A stretch of DNA of 64,000 nt from positions 2,356,001-2,420,000 of the forward strand of contig NW_027117341.1 of assembly GCF_038025025.1 (NCBI RefSeq), written 5' to 3'. The position numbers were made by a program, and so were the translations under genes. Within the stretch, counting starts at the first letter, position 1. Every line of letters begins with the position of its first letter. Source of the DNA: Phyllosticta citribraziliensis. Its lineage: Eukaryota. The notes below the pieces were generated by a model. That model worked only from the letters and a program-made list of their open reading frames with translations. It was not told the DNA's origin and searched no databases. Below, one piece after another: positions 15,148 to 29,722 of this stretch.

Positions 15148-15655
15148 TTATACTAGACCTTATAGCCTAGTATATTACCCCTATTATAAATTACCTATAT
15201 AAGCCCTAGGACCTACTCCTAGAGCTATTATATTATTAGTATAGTAGTAATAATAGGTAGTTTATTATTATTATTGCCTACTAGGGTAATAGATTAGCTA
15301 GATAATAGGCTAGTAGTAGCTAACTACTAGCTAGCTATTAGTATAGTTTAGGAGGTAGCTAATAGCTTAGTACTACTAGTAGACTAGCTACTCTTAGCTA
15401 TTATATAGGTTCCTAACTATATTATATAATAAGATAATATGTCTCTATTATAACTAGAGCTATATTAGCTTATAATCTTCCTTACTAGCCTTATCTAAGA
15501 CTATAACTATAAGTAATAATAATACCTAGAGCTTCTAGTATATCTAAAGATATATCCTAATACTATTTAGGGTATAATTAAAGTAAGAAAACTTTTTAGT
15601 AAGGGATAGATAATAAGTCTTATCCTCTTATAAGTAGTAAGAGACCTATTAATAG

Positions 15656-15856
15656 TATTATAGTACCTAGTAGAGTAAATTAATATAGACTACTAATAAT
15701 TAATAGGTAGGGAGTAAGAGTAGTTATTATATAGCATATATAGAATAACTATCTACTCCTAGGCTAGCTATAAACAGCTAGTATATATATAAGTAGTAAA
15801 TACTAAGTGCTAATTACTATAAAATATAAACTACGCGCGCTATACTACGCGTAATA
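15656..15856 (-). mobile_element. Solo LTR of the gypsy family at 7871-11196
   Basis: Near-identical to 1-197; reverse complement of 11000-11196. Confidence 0.8.
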
Positions 15857-17870
15857 GTAGCCTAAATTAGAAGATAGACCCTATCTAGAACCTATTAAGT
15901 ACTTTTATTTTCTACCCTAGGGAAAATCCCTTCTATTCTATTATAGGATTAGCTCTCTTAATAAAGAGGAAGCCTATTAGGAGTATATATACCTTAATAA
16001 TTAAAGAAGGAGTCCTAATACTACTTATATTTATACTAATACCTCAAGTCTTCCTAGTAGTAAAGGTATAGGTATAGGCTTAGTTATACTACCTAATAAC
16101 CTTATTAGTAGTAGGTCTAAGTCCTTAAATATAGAGAACTCTAACCTAGTATATAATAGGGAATTAGAGGGTATTACTAAGGTATTTAAATATACTAGTA
16201 GAAATATAAAAAATAGATATATATTAATAACTAGGCTACTATATATATAATAATTAATCCTTTTAATAATCTAGGATAGTCCTAGTAATTAAGAGTCCTA
16301 GATATAGCTAAACTAGCTATATCTAGAGGTACTTCTATTATACTAGAATAGGTACTAAGCTATATAGATATATATAGAGATAAATTAGCTAATTCCTTAG
16401 CTAAGGAAGTAACTAATAAGGAGCCTAAAAATTACCCTAAAGCTCTAGTACTTATAGGCTTAGATATAAAGGATACTATTATATAGGACTAGTAAGCTAT
16501 TATAGATAAGGTAAAAGCTAAATCTAATAATACCTCCTCCTACTATAGTACTTATATAACTAGGCCTAGCTATAAGCTTAGGGTATCTATAGAAATACTA
16601 AGAACTATAGCCTTAGCTTTTTATTAGCTAAAAATAGGATATAGATTCTTTAAAACCTATTTATAATATATTAAATAGTCTCCTACTAGTATATATAGGT
16701 ATAGTAGTCTTAAGAAAACTCCTATATACCTCCTACTACCTTATAGGGAGTAAAGAGAATAAAGAAAATTACTTAAAGAAGATATCCCCTCTCTAAGTAT
16801 TAAAAAACCTACCTAAAAACTTAGAAACTATAAAGGCTACCATATTAGCCTTTATTAAAAAGACTAATATAGCTACTAAATAGTAGTATATTAAAAGAGA
16901 ACCTACTATATAGTAGGGTTAGAGAGTTATAGGTATATATATATATATATATATATATATCTTTATACATCTTACTCCTATACCTATAAAACCTAATCTT
17001 TTCCTTTAAAAACCTATACTCCTTTAGTTTTTACTTATTTCTACTAATATTACTAGTTTTATAATTTTCCTATAAGGGCTAGGCCTAAAATATCTAATTA
17101 TAACTACTTAAAAAATACCTAGGAAAGAAGGCGATATATATACTCCTAATATGGTTATAACCTAATAGGATATATATTATATAAGCTATATAGAACTACT
17201 AGTGTGGGCGGGACCAGCTACTTACTAACACGCTTACTTAGCCGGCTAAAATACTAGTACTAGAAGAGGCGTAAGAGATAGTAACTAGTAATAAATAAGT
17301 AGGCTTTATAGGATAGGAATAAAATAACTACTAAACTAACTAAAATAAGCACCTATCTAGCCATCATTTTATCATCTAAGTAGTATAAAACTTAGGTGTA
17401 AATAAAAAGTGTAAATAAATAAATAACTAGGTATTTAGTAGATAATAGTTTAACTAAGTACTAGAGACTTTATTCATATAAGTAGTGTCTCTTTATAAGT
17501 GGCTATAAAAGGGGGTATATAACTAGCTAATCTACTACTAAAAACACTAATAATATAAAACCTCCTATTACTACTAAAGATGCTAAGTTTACTTATACTT
17601 TTATTAGCTATTATTATTACTACTAAACCGCGTAGAACTATATCTTCCTAGCATTCTAGAGCCGCCTATAGTCTTATTATTATGCTAGACTAATCTCCTA
17701 CTTATATTAGAGCTAAAATTACAGCTATAAATAGGAATAATAATTGCTAAGAATAACCTTTAAAAGCCGTAAAAACTATGCCGGCTAGTAGTACTATACT
17801 AGGTTAGCCATCCTTATCTCTTATAGTCTTAGACTTAAGAGGGACGTTAAACTAAATAAATAAATAAATA
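15857..17870 (+). mobile_element. 5'-truncated Tad1-like LINE (RNase H + 3' UTR + (taaa)n tail), with a MITE inserted
   Basis: Reverse complement of ~20580-22570. RNase H motifs IYTNTS and RIP-altered WVPGH...GNELADSLAK (~16345-16405). Tail taaataaataaa at ~17853. Confidence 0.85.
17202..17799 (+). mobile_element. ~600-bp MITE-like element, copy 3
   Basis: Removing it and one TA restores the LINE 3' UTR (gaactacTAgg.tagccatcc). Termini GTGTGGGC...GTACTATAC. Confidence 0.85.
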
Positions 17871-19980
17871 AAATACTATAGGAGGTAGAACTAATTAATA
17901 ATAATATATTTAGTATACTAGATATTAGATAAAACCTTATTTTATAAGGTTTATTAGTATAATAGGCTTTATATATTCTTACTTTATTATATAGCCCCTC
18001 TAGGGTCTAAGTTAGTAGCCTATCACCCTAGCTTAGGCTATTTCTCTTTTAGGGTTAGGTAAGTATTAGTATTATAGAAGTATAAAATAGTAGTAGATTT
18101 ACTACTCTACTAGACTATAATAGCATTTATTATCTTCTTAATTTCATTATAGTATATCTATATCTTCTTAAATTTTATTCTTAGTATATCTATATCTTCT
18201 TAATTTTATTAAAGTATAAATATATCTTCTTAGTTTTTTAGAGTAATAATATATCTTCTTAATTCTTATAGAGTAAGAATAGATAGTAAGACTATAGAAA
18301 CTCTCTTTATAAGTTTTAATATTATATATTTCTTTATTTAGTTTAATATTCCTTATAAGTCTAGTAATATAAGAGATAAGAATAGCTTATATATTATATA
18401 GTCTATTAGATTAAACCCTTATTATATATCTATATATAGCATTTTCTTTTACTAAGAAGTATTTTTAATAGTTATAATTAGATATTTTAGGCCTGCGCTT
18501 ATAGTAAAATTACTAACTTAGTATAGGTAGTAATAAGTAAAACCTAAATAAGTATAAAGTTATAAAGAAGAGTATAGAGCTTTATAGATAGGAGAGTAAG
18601 ATAAATAAAGATATATTTATATTTCTAGAATAGGCTTCTAATATGTAACCTATATTTAGAATAAAGGTATTTATACTATTTAATAGTATACTCTAGTTTA
18701 TTATTATAACTTAGCCTAGTCGTAATTATAATAGAAAACTCTTAGTATTAAGATACTATATAAGCTAAAACCTTTAGATATAGCTAGGCTATACTATAAC
18801 CTAGGCTAGAGACTTACTATAACCTATAGAAACCTAGACTACTAGTAGTACTTACTTATATAACTAAAATAAGCCCTCCTAGAGCCCTAATAAATTAATA
18901 AACCTTCCTCTTTATTAATAAGAAATAACTAGTAGGCGGTTAGTTTTAACTATATATTATAATTAGAATCCTTTCTAGTTATATAATAGGTATAATATAG
19001 TAATAATACTATCATCTTATATTACCTACCTCTCTTATAGTACTAAAGTAATTACTTATTAGTAGATAAGGGCATAAGAGGTAGTCTATATAAGAGGGCT
19101 TAATTATATAGAATATAAAAGATAGCTCTCTAGGAGGAGAAAGGCTATCTCTTTATAGAATCCCTTCTTATACTTTCTAGAGAGAACTAAGAGAGTAAGG
19201 ACTAAACTAATAATTATATAATTAATAAAAAGGTAAGGAATAGCTAGAAAGAATAAAAAAAGGAATAAAGGAAGAAATTAAATATTAGGTTAGGAATTTA
19301 GGGAAGAATATATTAGGTTAAGAGTCCTATCCCTATAGTCCTAGCTTTAGAATTTCCTTAGTAGCTTAGTATTACTTAGTATAGGCTAGTAGCTAGTAGC
19401 ATAGCTAAGGTAGCATAGTTATATAATTATATAATTATATAATAATTATAGGCGTAGGTATTATTTAGCTATAAGTATAATATCCCTTCTCCTAACCTTC
19501 CTAAAACTTAAAGGAGGACTCTAGGTATAAAGTAGAGCTACTTATTTACTTAGACTAGATAGCTATCTTTATTTTCTTATAATTAATACTCCTATATAGA
19601 CCTCTACTAATTTAACTTATACCTAATTATTTACCTCTTTACACTTATATTAATAATTAATAATTATATGCTCTTATTCTTAATCTCTTATTACCTAGTT
19701 CTAGCCTACTAAGTAGGCGATCTATTAGCTTATAATATTTATATTAGTAACTATAAAATAGATATTACTCTTATCTAGTTAGAGGGCTATAAGAATTATT
19801 AGAAGCTTATTACTATTAAACTATAAGTATGTTTAAATATATATGTAACTATCTCTTTAACTTATTATATACTAAAAAATAAAGAAAATTAAATTAAGGT
19901 ATAGTAGTTTTTATAAATAAAAAGAAGTATTTATTTATATATTTAATAGGAAAGTTCTCTCTAAGGTTTACTAAGAAAAG

Positions 19981-20228
19981 TATACTATATAAATTAGTAC
20001 TAGCCCCCCCCCTCCTTAGTACCGCCCCTCTAGATATAACGGCCTCACCCCCTAGTAGGTATTATAGAGTTAACTTTTATTAGCACCCTACCCCTATATA
20101 CTAAGAGAGCCCTATTTAGGAGTAAGAATTATAGCACCTATCTAGTATTACTACCTTACCTAAAAACCTCTAAAGTAGAGTAGGCCCCCTTAGCGCCCTA
20201 GGGCGGTAGTACTAATTTATATAGTATA
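19981..20228. mobile_element. ~250-bp MITE with perfect 22-bp terminal inverted repeats
   Basis: tatactatataaattagtacta (19981-20002) and its exact reverse complement at 20207-20228 flank a more GC-rich interior. Confidence 0.75.
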
Positions 20229-20680
20229 GAGAATATTATTAGGTACTTTCTACTTTATATATACTATATAGACTTATTTTTATTAACTAAAAATATTAAT
20301 AATTTTTTTAGCTTTTATAAGTTTACCATATTAATAAAAAAGGAAGTTTTATAAATTACTAGCTTTAAATAGACGGCCTTTAGTACTAAATATACTAATA
20401 AGCTATCTTTAAATCTACTTAGTATAGTCTATACTATTAGCTATAAAGATAACTAGAGACTATAAGATAACTAAGCTAAACTAGTAAACTAGAGTTTTAT
20501 CCTAAGCTATATTAGCTACTATTTCTAGAAGATAAGTTAGTAGATATAAATAGTTATATAGCTTAAGCTATATTTTAACTATTTATTTATTTAGTTTAAC
20601 GTCCCTCTTAAGTCTAAGACTATAAGAGATGAGGATGGCTATCCTAGTAGTTCTATATAGCTTATATATTATATAACCTA

Positions 20681-21278
20681 TTATAGGCGGGACTAGCTAC
20701 TTACTAATATACTTACTTAGCCGGCTAGAATACTAGCACTAGAAGAGGCGTGAGAGATAGTAACTAGTAGTAAATAAGTAGGCTTTATAGGATAGAAATA
20801 AAATAACTACTAAACTAACTAAAATAAGCTACTATCTAGCTATCATTTTATTATCTAAGTAGTGTAAAACTCAGGTGTAAATAATAAGTAAAAATAAATA
20901 AATAACCTAGTATTTAGTAGATAATAGTTTAACTAAGTGCTAAAGACTTTATTTATACTAGTAGTGCCTCTTAATAAGTAGCTATAAAAGGGGGTATATA
21001 ACTAGCTAATCTACTATTAAAAATGCTAATAATATAAAACCTCCTATTACTACTAAAGATGCTAAGTTCACTTATACTTTTATTAGCTATTATTATTACT
21101 ACTAAACCGCGCAGAACTATATCTTTCTAGTATTCTAGAGCCGCCTATAGTCTTATTATCACGCTAGACTAATCTCCTACTTATATTAGAGCTAAAATTA
21201 TAGCCGTGAATAGGAATAATAATTGCTAAGAATAACCTTTAGAAGCTATAAAAACTATGCTGGCCAGTAGTGCCATAC
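20681..21278 (+). mobile_element. ~600-bp MITE-like element, copy 4, in the LINE 3' UTR
   Basis: Near-identical to 17202-17799; TA on both sides. Confidence 0.85.
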
Positions 21279-23141
21279 TATTAGGTTATAACTATATTAG
21301 GAGTATATATATATATATATATCGCCGGTCCTTCTTAGGGATTTTTTTTAGTAGTTATAATTAGATATTTTAGGCCTAGCACTTATAGAAAAATTACTAA
21401 ACTAGTAATATAAGTAGAAATAAGTAAAAGCTAAAGGAGTATAGGTTTATAAAGGAAAAGATTAGGTTTTATAGGTAGGGGAGTAAGATATATATATATA
21501 TATATATATATATACCTATAACTCTCTAACCCCACTATATAGTAGGTTCTCTTTTAATATACTACTATTTAGTAGCTATATTAGTCTTTTTAGTAGCCTT
21601 TATAGTTTCTAAGTTTTTAGGTAGGTTTTTTAATACTTAGGGAGGGGATATCTTCTCTAAATAATTTTCTTTATTCTCTTTACTTCTTATAAGATAGTAG
21701 GAGGTATATAGGAGTTTTCTTAAGACTACTATACTTATATATACTAGTAGGAGACTATTTAATATATTATAAATAGGCTTTAAAGAATCTATATCCTATT
21801 TTTAGCTAATAAAAAGCTAAGGCTATAGTTCTTAGTATTTCTATAGATACCCTAAGCTTATAGCTAGGCCTAGTTATATAAGTACTATAGTAGGAGGAGG
21901 TATTATTAGATTTAGCTTTTACCTTATCTATAATAGCTTATTAGTCCTATATAATAGTATCCTTTATATCTAAGCCTATAAGTACTAGAGCTTTAGGGTA
22001 ATTTTTAGGCTCCTTATTAGTTACTTCCTTAGCTAAGGAATTAGCTAATTTATCTCTATATATATCTATATAGCTTAGTACCTATTCTAGTACTATAGAT
22101 ATACCTCTAGATATAACTAGTTTAGCTATATCTAGGACTCTTAATTACTAGGACTATTCTAGATTATTAGAAGGATTAATTATCCTATATATAGTAGCCT
22201 AGTTATTAATATATATCTATTTTTTATATTTCTACTAGTATATTTAAATACCTTAGTAATACCCTCTAATTCCCTATTATATACTAGGTTAGAGTACTCT
22301 ATATTTAAGGACTTAGACCTACTACTAATAAGGTTATTAGGTAGTATAACTAAGCCTATACCTATACCTTTACTACTAGGGAGACTAGAGGTATTAGTAT
22401 AAATATAAGTAGTATTAGAACTCCCTCTTTAACTATTAAGGTCTTAGTACTCCTAGTAAGTACTCTCTTTATTAAAAGAACTAATCCTATAAGAGAATAG
22501 TAGTGATTTTCCCTAGGGTAGAAAATAAAAGTATTTAATAGGTTCTAGATAGGGCCTATTTCCTAAATTAATACTTTTATATATATATTCTAGCTAGGTT
22601 AGTCTCCTAGGTCTATTCTCTATAGAATTAATTCTATTAATTCTTTAGGGATAGGATAGATACTAGGGAGCTATAAGGTCCTAAGTATATACTTTCTAAT
22701 AGTAGTACCTAGTTAGACCTTATTAGGTAGGATCCCTACCTCTATTTCTATAGCTTTAATAGGACTAGTCTTAAAAACTCCTAGAATCTTTTATAAAGCT
22801 AGATTCTAAATAGATTTTAGAGCTTTTAATAGACTATCTATTCCTTTAGGTTTATACTATAATTAGCAGCTATAGTCTATTATACTAATAATATAAGTTA
22901 TATATAACTACCTTATAGCATGAGGACTAAGGCCTAAATTAATAGTAGTAAGCCTATTAAGCCTAAATAGGGCATTCCTTACTTTAGAAGCTATAATATT
23001 AATATAGTATTTATATTTTAGCTTATTATTAAAGTAGATTCCTAACTAGTAGATAGTCTCTTTAGGCTTAATAATACTACTATTAGAGAGTATAATAGTA
23101 CTATTCTTTACCTTATTCTAGCTAGTAAAGTATATTAACTC

Positions 23142-23728
23142 TATTATAAGCTAATAGGTTACCTAATTAGTAGGCTAGTTCTAAGTAACTCTTTACCTAG
23201 TACTAGAGTATATAAGCATAGGAGGTAAAGCTAAGTAAGAGGGGTATATAAATAAGGTAGAAGTTAAGTTAGTAGTAAGTCTACTTAGAAGTATTAATTA
23301 TAAGAAAATAAAGATAGCTATCTATAGTATCTATATAATAAGATCCTTTTATATTCCCTTACCTAACTTACCTTAGGAATTATAATAGAAGGAAGGTAGG
23401 TATTATAAGAGAATAAGACCTTATCTTAGTCCTATATTATATAGTAGTTTACTAGCTTATTAGTAGTAATATATTTCTTAAAACTAACTACTTAGTTAAG
23501 TCCCTACTATAGGTATAGGAGGTTCTATTCTTATTTCTATTATTATATTAGCATTATATATATAAGTACTAGGGTTAAATTATCTAAGTAGCTATAGCTC
23601 TAGGGGAGTTAGGTAACTTTAGTATATATAGCTTATAGTTATAGCTAGTAGCTATAGTATAGGTGCACCTAGCACTTAATACTAAGTAGCATTTAATATA
23701 ATTATAGGTTTTTAGCTAACCTATAATA
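23142..23728. mobile_element. ~590-bp insertion (probable solo LTR) in LINE ORF2
   Basis: 5-bp TSD AACTC at 23137-23141 and 23729-23733. Removal rejoins ...LSKIE-LIYF (KTELIHF motif). Confidence 0.75.
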
Positions 23729-26700
23729 AACTCTATCTTAGATAAGTTAAATTTAATACCCTTTATAGTACCTAGCTTATATAGCTATTTAGCCTCTCTC
23801 TCTAGTATTTTAAGGTTTTTCTTTATACTAGTAGATGATATAGTAAGACTAATATTATCTATAATAAGAGAGAAACTTAACTACCTAGCTGGGGAATAAT
23901 TTAGAGATATAAATAAGAAAGAGTATAGGAGATATAGGACTTCCTTATAGAATCCCTATCTCTATATTCCTAAACTCTTCTATTTATCTATTAAATAATA
24001 GTATTAATAGCCTATTATTTAAGAAGCTAGATACCTAACTAATAAGTAATAGTAGGAGTCCTTTCTTCTTTAATAATAGTAGTAGATTATTTTTAACTAT
24101 ATAGTTAAAAGCAGCTTTAATATCTAAAAATAGTATAGAGGTAAGTCTATTAGATAGCTTATTCTCTTCTACTATATTAGATAAAATAAGGGTAGTATTA
24201 ATAGCTACTTTCTTTACTTATCCCCCTATTTAACTAGGGTCTAGTAAATAGGTAGTCTTAGCTAGATAGGCTAATCTTTTAGCTATAATATTTTTATTTA
24301 TTTTTCTAAGGTAATTTAGTAAAGATATAACCCTATAAGACTTAGGACTAGTATATTCTAGCTTATTAGGTTTCTTTAGTATTACATCTATAGCTTATTA
24401 CTATAATTTAGAGTGATAGCTACTATTAAATAGTAGGCTAAATACTCTAAAAAATAAACTAGGGTAGGTTCTATAGGCTACTATAATTAAATCTTAATTT
24501 ATAGTATTAGGGCTAGGAGTTTTCTATTTAATTTAAGTAGAATAAGTAAGTTCTAGTTTCTTAGAGTCTAATTTAGGCTACTCCTACCTATTATTAGAGA
24601 TATAATTATCCTGTATAATAGGAGGAGTATTAGGGGGCTTAGTAAATAAGGCCTCCCTAAAAGTAGAGCATTCTTTATAGCTAAAAAGTACTTATTTTTA
24701 CCTATAAGATAGGCTTTTATACTCTATAGATTAGAGTATAAAACTTAGTTTTTACTAGTCCTATAATCCCTCTTTAACTTAGTAAGAGACTCATTCTACT
24801 AAGACTTAGATATAATCTTATTTAATAGCTTAGGAATACTAGAATTAGCTAATTTAGTAATTAAAATACTAAGTTCTTTAGCTAATAGATTAAGGTCCCT
24901 AATTAATAGGGAGTCTTATTCTAGTATATCTATTATCTTAGCTTTATTCTCTAGGCGTAATAAATTAGTAGAATTTAGTATAGGACTATTTTCTACTAAT
25001 TAAGTTAGATATAAGCTAAATTTAGCCTAATCTACCTTTTTAAGATTATATCTTTATATATAAGTAGGGTTCTCTACTAATAAAGGGTTAGAATTATAGA
25101 TAGTAAAGAAAATACTATAATAGTTAGATCCTATATCCCTAATAGTCTACTAGTTATATATTTTCTTAAGGATATCTCCTATAGTAAAGACTAAGTCTAT
25201 AATAGATTCTCTAGTTAGATTAGGCCTATAGAAAGTACCTTTACCTATTATATTTACTAGGGATAAATTATTAGACTTAATCTATTCTACTAACCTAGTA
25301 GAATTTAAAGATTCTAGGTTATATAGGTCCTACTAGGGGTAGTAGGAATTAAAGTCCCTAAGAATTATAGATAAGGTATCTATACTAGTATTATATAGAT
25401 ACCTATCTACTATTTCTTAATTATTCTCTTAGCCTTTTTAATTATATATATTATAGACCTATAATAGAGAGTTTAGGCCTATAATATCTATAACTAAGAG
25501 GTTAGGATTAGTAATTATATCCTCTCTAGAATTAATTTCTAAGGGAGGAGATCTTCTCTTATAAATTAAGACCCTAGAATAAATTAGGGGGTTTCTATAG
25601 ACTAGTAGAACTAAACTATAAGATAAGTAACTAATAGACCTTAAGTTAAGGTAATATTTAGGTATATCTCTACTATTATTAATTAAATAGGGCTCTTATA
25701 TAAATTTAAGGTTAATATTTAATTTAATAGCTATTTCTAAAGTACTTTCTATAGCTAATTAGCTTTTATTAATATTAATTTATAATACCTATAATTTTTT
25801 TTTATATATAGAGTACTATTTTTAATTATTAGGAATTTAGGATATCTTTTATAGCTAGATTAGTAGTTTTAACTATAATTAGTATATTTAGGTTCTATAT
25901 ACTTATAGATTTACCCTTTTAGGTAGCTACTAATCCTATAAAAGTACTAGGATATAGTATAGGAATTAATATAGACCCTATAGGCTATAGGCCTTTTATA
26001 CCTATTTTCTAGGTATCTAAACTATTAGTAGTTCTTATACCTATAGGTTCTAGGAGTAGGAATAAGCTTCTTAGTATATAGGCCTAGCCTAGCTATATTT
26101 AGCTAGATATATAGAGCATTTTTAAAGTTAATTTTATTAGTAAATAAGACTACTATTAAGCTATAGAGCTAATTTTCTTATTTTATCTTAAAAATAAGCT
26201 AAAAAGGATTTTCTATAGTATTTAAACTATTTAGGGTCTTGATTTTATAATAGATAAGTAGTAGGCCTTCTTTAGTATTAAATACCTTAATAGAAATATT
26301 ATATACTACTACTTTATACTAGGATTCATCCTTAGATATTTTCTAAATTAATAGGAAGTTTTCCTATATAGCTTTATTATTTAGTAGTAGTTAATATAAT
26401 TAACTTTCTTATATAAGACTTAGATACTAAAGAGATAACTAGCTTAGTATATCCCTTAGTAGAGAACTCTTTATTAAATTTATCTCTAATTTTCCTAGGG
26501 ATAGAGAGTCTAAAAGTTACTATATATAGTACTAGTACTAGTCTCCTATTAGGGGATTTCTTTAATTTATATAGCTCTTAATTTAATAGATCTAAATTAG
26601 GAGCTATACTATACCTATCTATAGTTATATATTATATATTCTTAGATTTCTTAGTTACTAGAGTAAATTCCTTTAGTTTTTAAAATTCTCTAATTAAGCT

Positions 26701-29700
26701 ATACTAACCTAATTAGGTATAGTAATTAGTTTATTAGTAGGAATCTTTTTTAAATTCTTATAAACTTTTAAATTCTAGGAAGGTATTTAAGAGAGTTTAA
26801 AACTAGCTAGTTATTAAACTACTTTTTATATATTTTACTTATTTAGAGAATTTACCTTATTCCTAAGTATTTTAACTACTCTTTTAATATCTATAGTACT
26901 TCTAGATAGTATAGAGCTTACTATCTTAGTACTATTAGTTTCTAGGAGTTCTTTAAATAGTTCTATAAAATCTAGAACCTTAGCTTAGTTAGAATAGGTA
27001 GGGGTAAGATCTATAGCTTTAATAAGTAGAAATCTTACTAACTTAATTACCTTATAAAAGATTAGAGTATTAGGCCTAACCCTATTTATTTAACTAGTAA
27101 TTTACTCCTAGCTAGGCTATTTTTTATCTATACTAGAAGGGCTAAAATTAAAGGTCTTAGCTAAATTTATAATAAATCTAGGGGTAGTTTTAAATTTAGA
27201 GGAAGTAATAGGGATAGTATCTACTATTTCTAGATTATCTAGTTTAATTCTAGGGTTAGGAGGTCCCTCTAGATATCTAGAAGAGGGTAAGATAATATTT
27301 TTTATACTCTTTCTATAAAAATTAAATTAACTAATAGAGAAATAACTAAAATAAAATTTTATTAGCTTTTATTTTATATAAACTAAGCTATAAATAAACT
27401 CTACTATTACTTAATAAGAGCTAGTTATTTAGAGAACTAGTAAAGTAGGTAGTTTTAGGTAGTTTTTTATTATACTTTCTTTTTAGGGGATTTCTAAAGG
27501 GATAATAATAAAATAAAAATATTTTAAAGCTACTACTAGAATTATCTTACTAAGGTAGTTAAAATAGCATCCTTATTATCTTAATCTAGCCTAGTTTTAC
27601 TCTAGTTATATAATATAAGGTTAAATCTAGATATAGCTTTAAAGTAAGGTATAGCTTCTAGCTATAGTATTTACTAAAGACTAAGAGAAGTATAAAAATT
27701 TAAAATTAACCTTCTAGTCTTATTTCCTAATATTTTTTAATAATATAAGTATCTAGTATAATAGAACTAAGTATAGACTTTTAATTAGTATACTATTAAT
27801 CCTAATTAGATAAGAGTTTATAGAGATATAGGGGGTATAAAGTTATATCTCTTTTTTTATAATCTTCTACTCTTTCTTATATAATAGTATATATAGTATA
27901 GGAGCTAAAAGTTAGAGCCTTAAGTATATTAACTATACTCTTTTAAATAGTACTAGTCTTAGTAAGAAATTTAGAGGTTAATTTATAAGGTATATAGTAT
28001 ACTTTTATATTAAATAGTTTAGTAATAGGTATTTTAGTAGTATCTAGATATTAGATAGAAATAGTAGGTACTCCTCTACTATAAGGAGTAGATAGATAAA
28101 CTATACTAAAGATACTAAGTAGTATAGTAAACTACTATTATAATAATAATAATAACTACTTAGTAAATTAATAACTATTTAAACTTATAATAATATAATA
28201 GATAGGAGTATACTAATAATAGCTATATAATAACCTAATAATTATAAAGTAATATTACTTATATAATACTAGCTATTTAATAGCCTAGCTAAGCTAAATT
28301 AGTAGTATAAGTATCTAAGACTATAATCTAGAAGATTAATTTTAGACTAGCTTTAGTTATTTAGTTATTTATTTACTTAGACTAGGCCTACTAGTAAGTA
28401 TACTAGCTTATTTATTTTATTTAGTAGATTTATTATAGAATTATACTATTAATATATAGTAATATCTTAATAAGGCTCTTATATCTATTAATAAGACTCT
28501 AGTACTATATATATACCTAAGGTAGTAATATTATATAACTTAAGTAAGATATATATATTATATACTTTATAAACTATCTAGCTAGAAAATCTAACTTTTT
28601 CTTTATATACCTTTTTACTTAATAGTTCTTACTTTTTATCTTTTTCTAATATAGCCTTTATATCTATACTATCTAGCTATACTACCTTACTATTTATTAT
28701 ACCTATATATTTATTAATTACTCTAGTATTTAAGTTAGCTAGTAAAGAAAGTTAAATTGTCCGCCGGCGGAAAGTTTTAAGTTGAAGTTAGCCCTGGCGG
28801 GGAAGTTAGCGTTACTAAGCAGGCCATAATGGCGATGGCTAGATGCTTATTATCGATCCTTCTAGGAACCTTAAAACATACTAGTAGCCCCTTACTCTTG
28901 CCGTTGAACGGCGTATTATGGGCAGGGCGTAGGCAATCATGGTGGCGGAGGAGGAGGAGGAGGATCTTTAGAGAATATCAGCGGCGGGACGTTTGACAAG
29001 TGCTTGCGTGGGTCTAAAGTCGAGTAAGGAGATGCCCGTCCGGCGTCCGCTGGGGCGGCGGCCGTTTGGTGGCAATTGTTCGTTGTTCGAGCGGTTATGA
29101 GGGCGAGGGACACGTGAAGGAGTTGAGAAGTGGGCAAATGCCCTAGAAAAGGTGGAGATTTGTTTGCTGCTCTAAGGTTGCATCAGCCGCCCTTCTAGAG
29201 CTATGCATTGAAGCCTGCCATGAATCTGAGCGTACCATGGACAGAGCGCGTGGGCTCCTCTTCAATGCGGGAGGCAATGCCAACGGCGGCGGGCTCAATT
29301 GGTCGAGTTGTGCCAGCAGAACCAAGGGGTCCGTGTTGCGACGGGGAGGAATGCGATGTCCTAGATGACGCAGATGATGCGTGCGTGAGTGACGATGCGG
29401 CAAGCGGATGAGGTACAAGTAGCGGCGGCCTCTTGGCGGAAGTTGGAAGGATTGCGAGGCGAGTTTCTGGTGCACGTAGTTTATTTTGTGTGGTCTGCTG
29501 GAAGGGTTTAAGCAAGACGGCGTGTTAGTCAACTCAGTTGCAGGTTGGAGTTGCGAAGGCTGATGGGGTGGGAGGACATGGCTGACATGGTGAGCATCAA
29601 TCCAAAAGCCCATGATGGGTCAATCATTTGAGGAAGTCAGTAACGCAAGCTGAGACGTCTCTCTAGTACCTTCCCTCTACTATCTACCTGTTTCCGGCCG

Positions 29701-29722
29701 CCCGCGCCCGCGCCCGCGCACG

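Larger units (their letters stand above)
20580..27450 (-). mobile_element. Near full-length Tad1-like LINE (ORF1 + APE-RT-RNase H ORF2), RIP-inactivated; 5' end approximate
   Basis: Minus-strand motifs: APE (L*ININKS ~25780, GDFNSYYP ~25350), RT (YRVISLLNYL ~24330, LDIKAAFN ~24120, GIL*GSPISPILF ~23940, IDNISL ~23860), RNase H ~22050-22410, (taaa)n tail at 20580. Confidence 0.9.
1..28750. other. AT-rich RIP-mutated transposon block (heterochromatin-like isochore)
   Basis: Very high TpA and near absence of CpA/TpG. No ORFs in the supplied track. Retroelement motifs are recognisable only after allowing C>T/G>A changes (e.g. YLDD>YLNN, YVDDLL>YINNLL). Confidence 0.97.

Noticed and set aside
1..28750. 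AT block as a centromere or telomere-adjacent region
   Set aside because: Compatible, but no telomeric repeats are present and such blocks also occur interstitially. Not decidable from this window.
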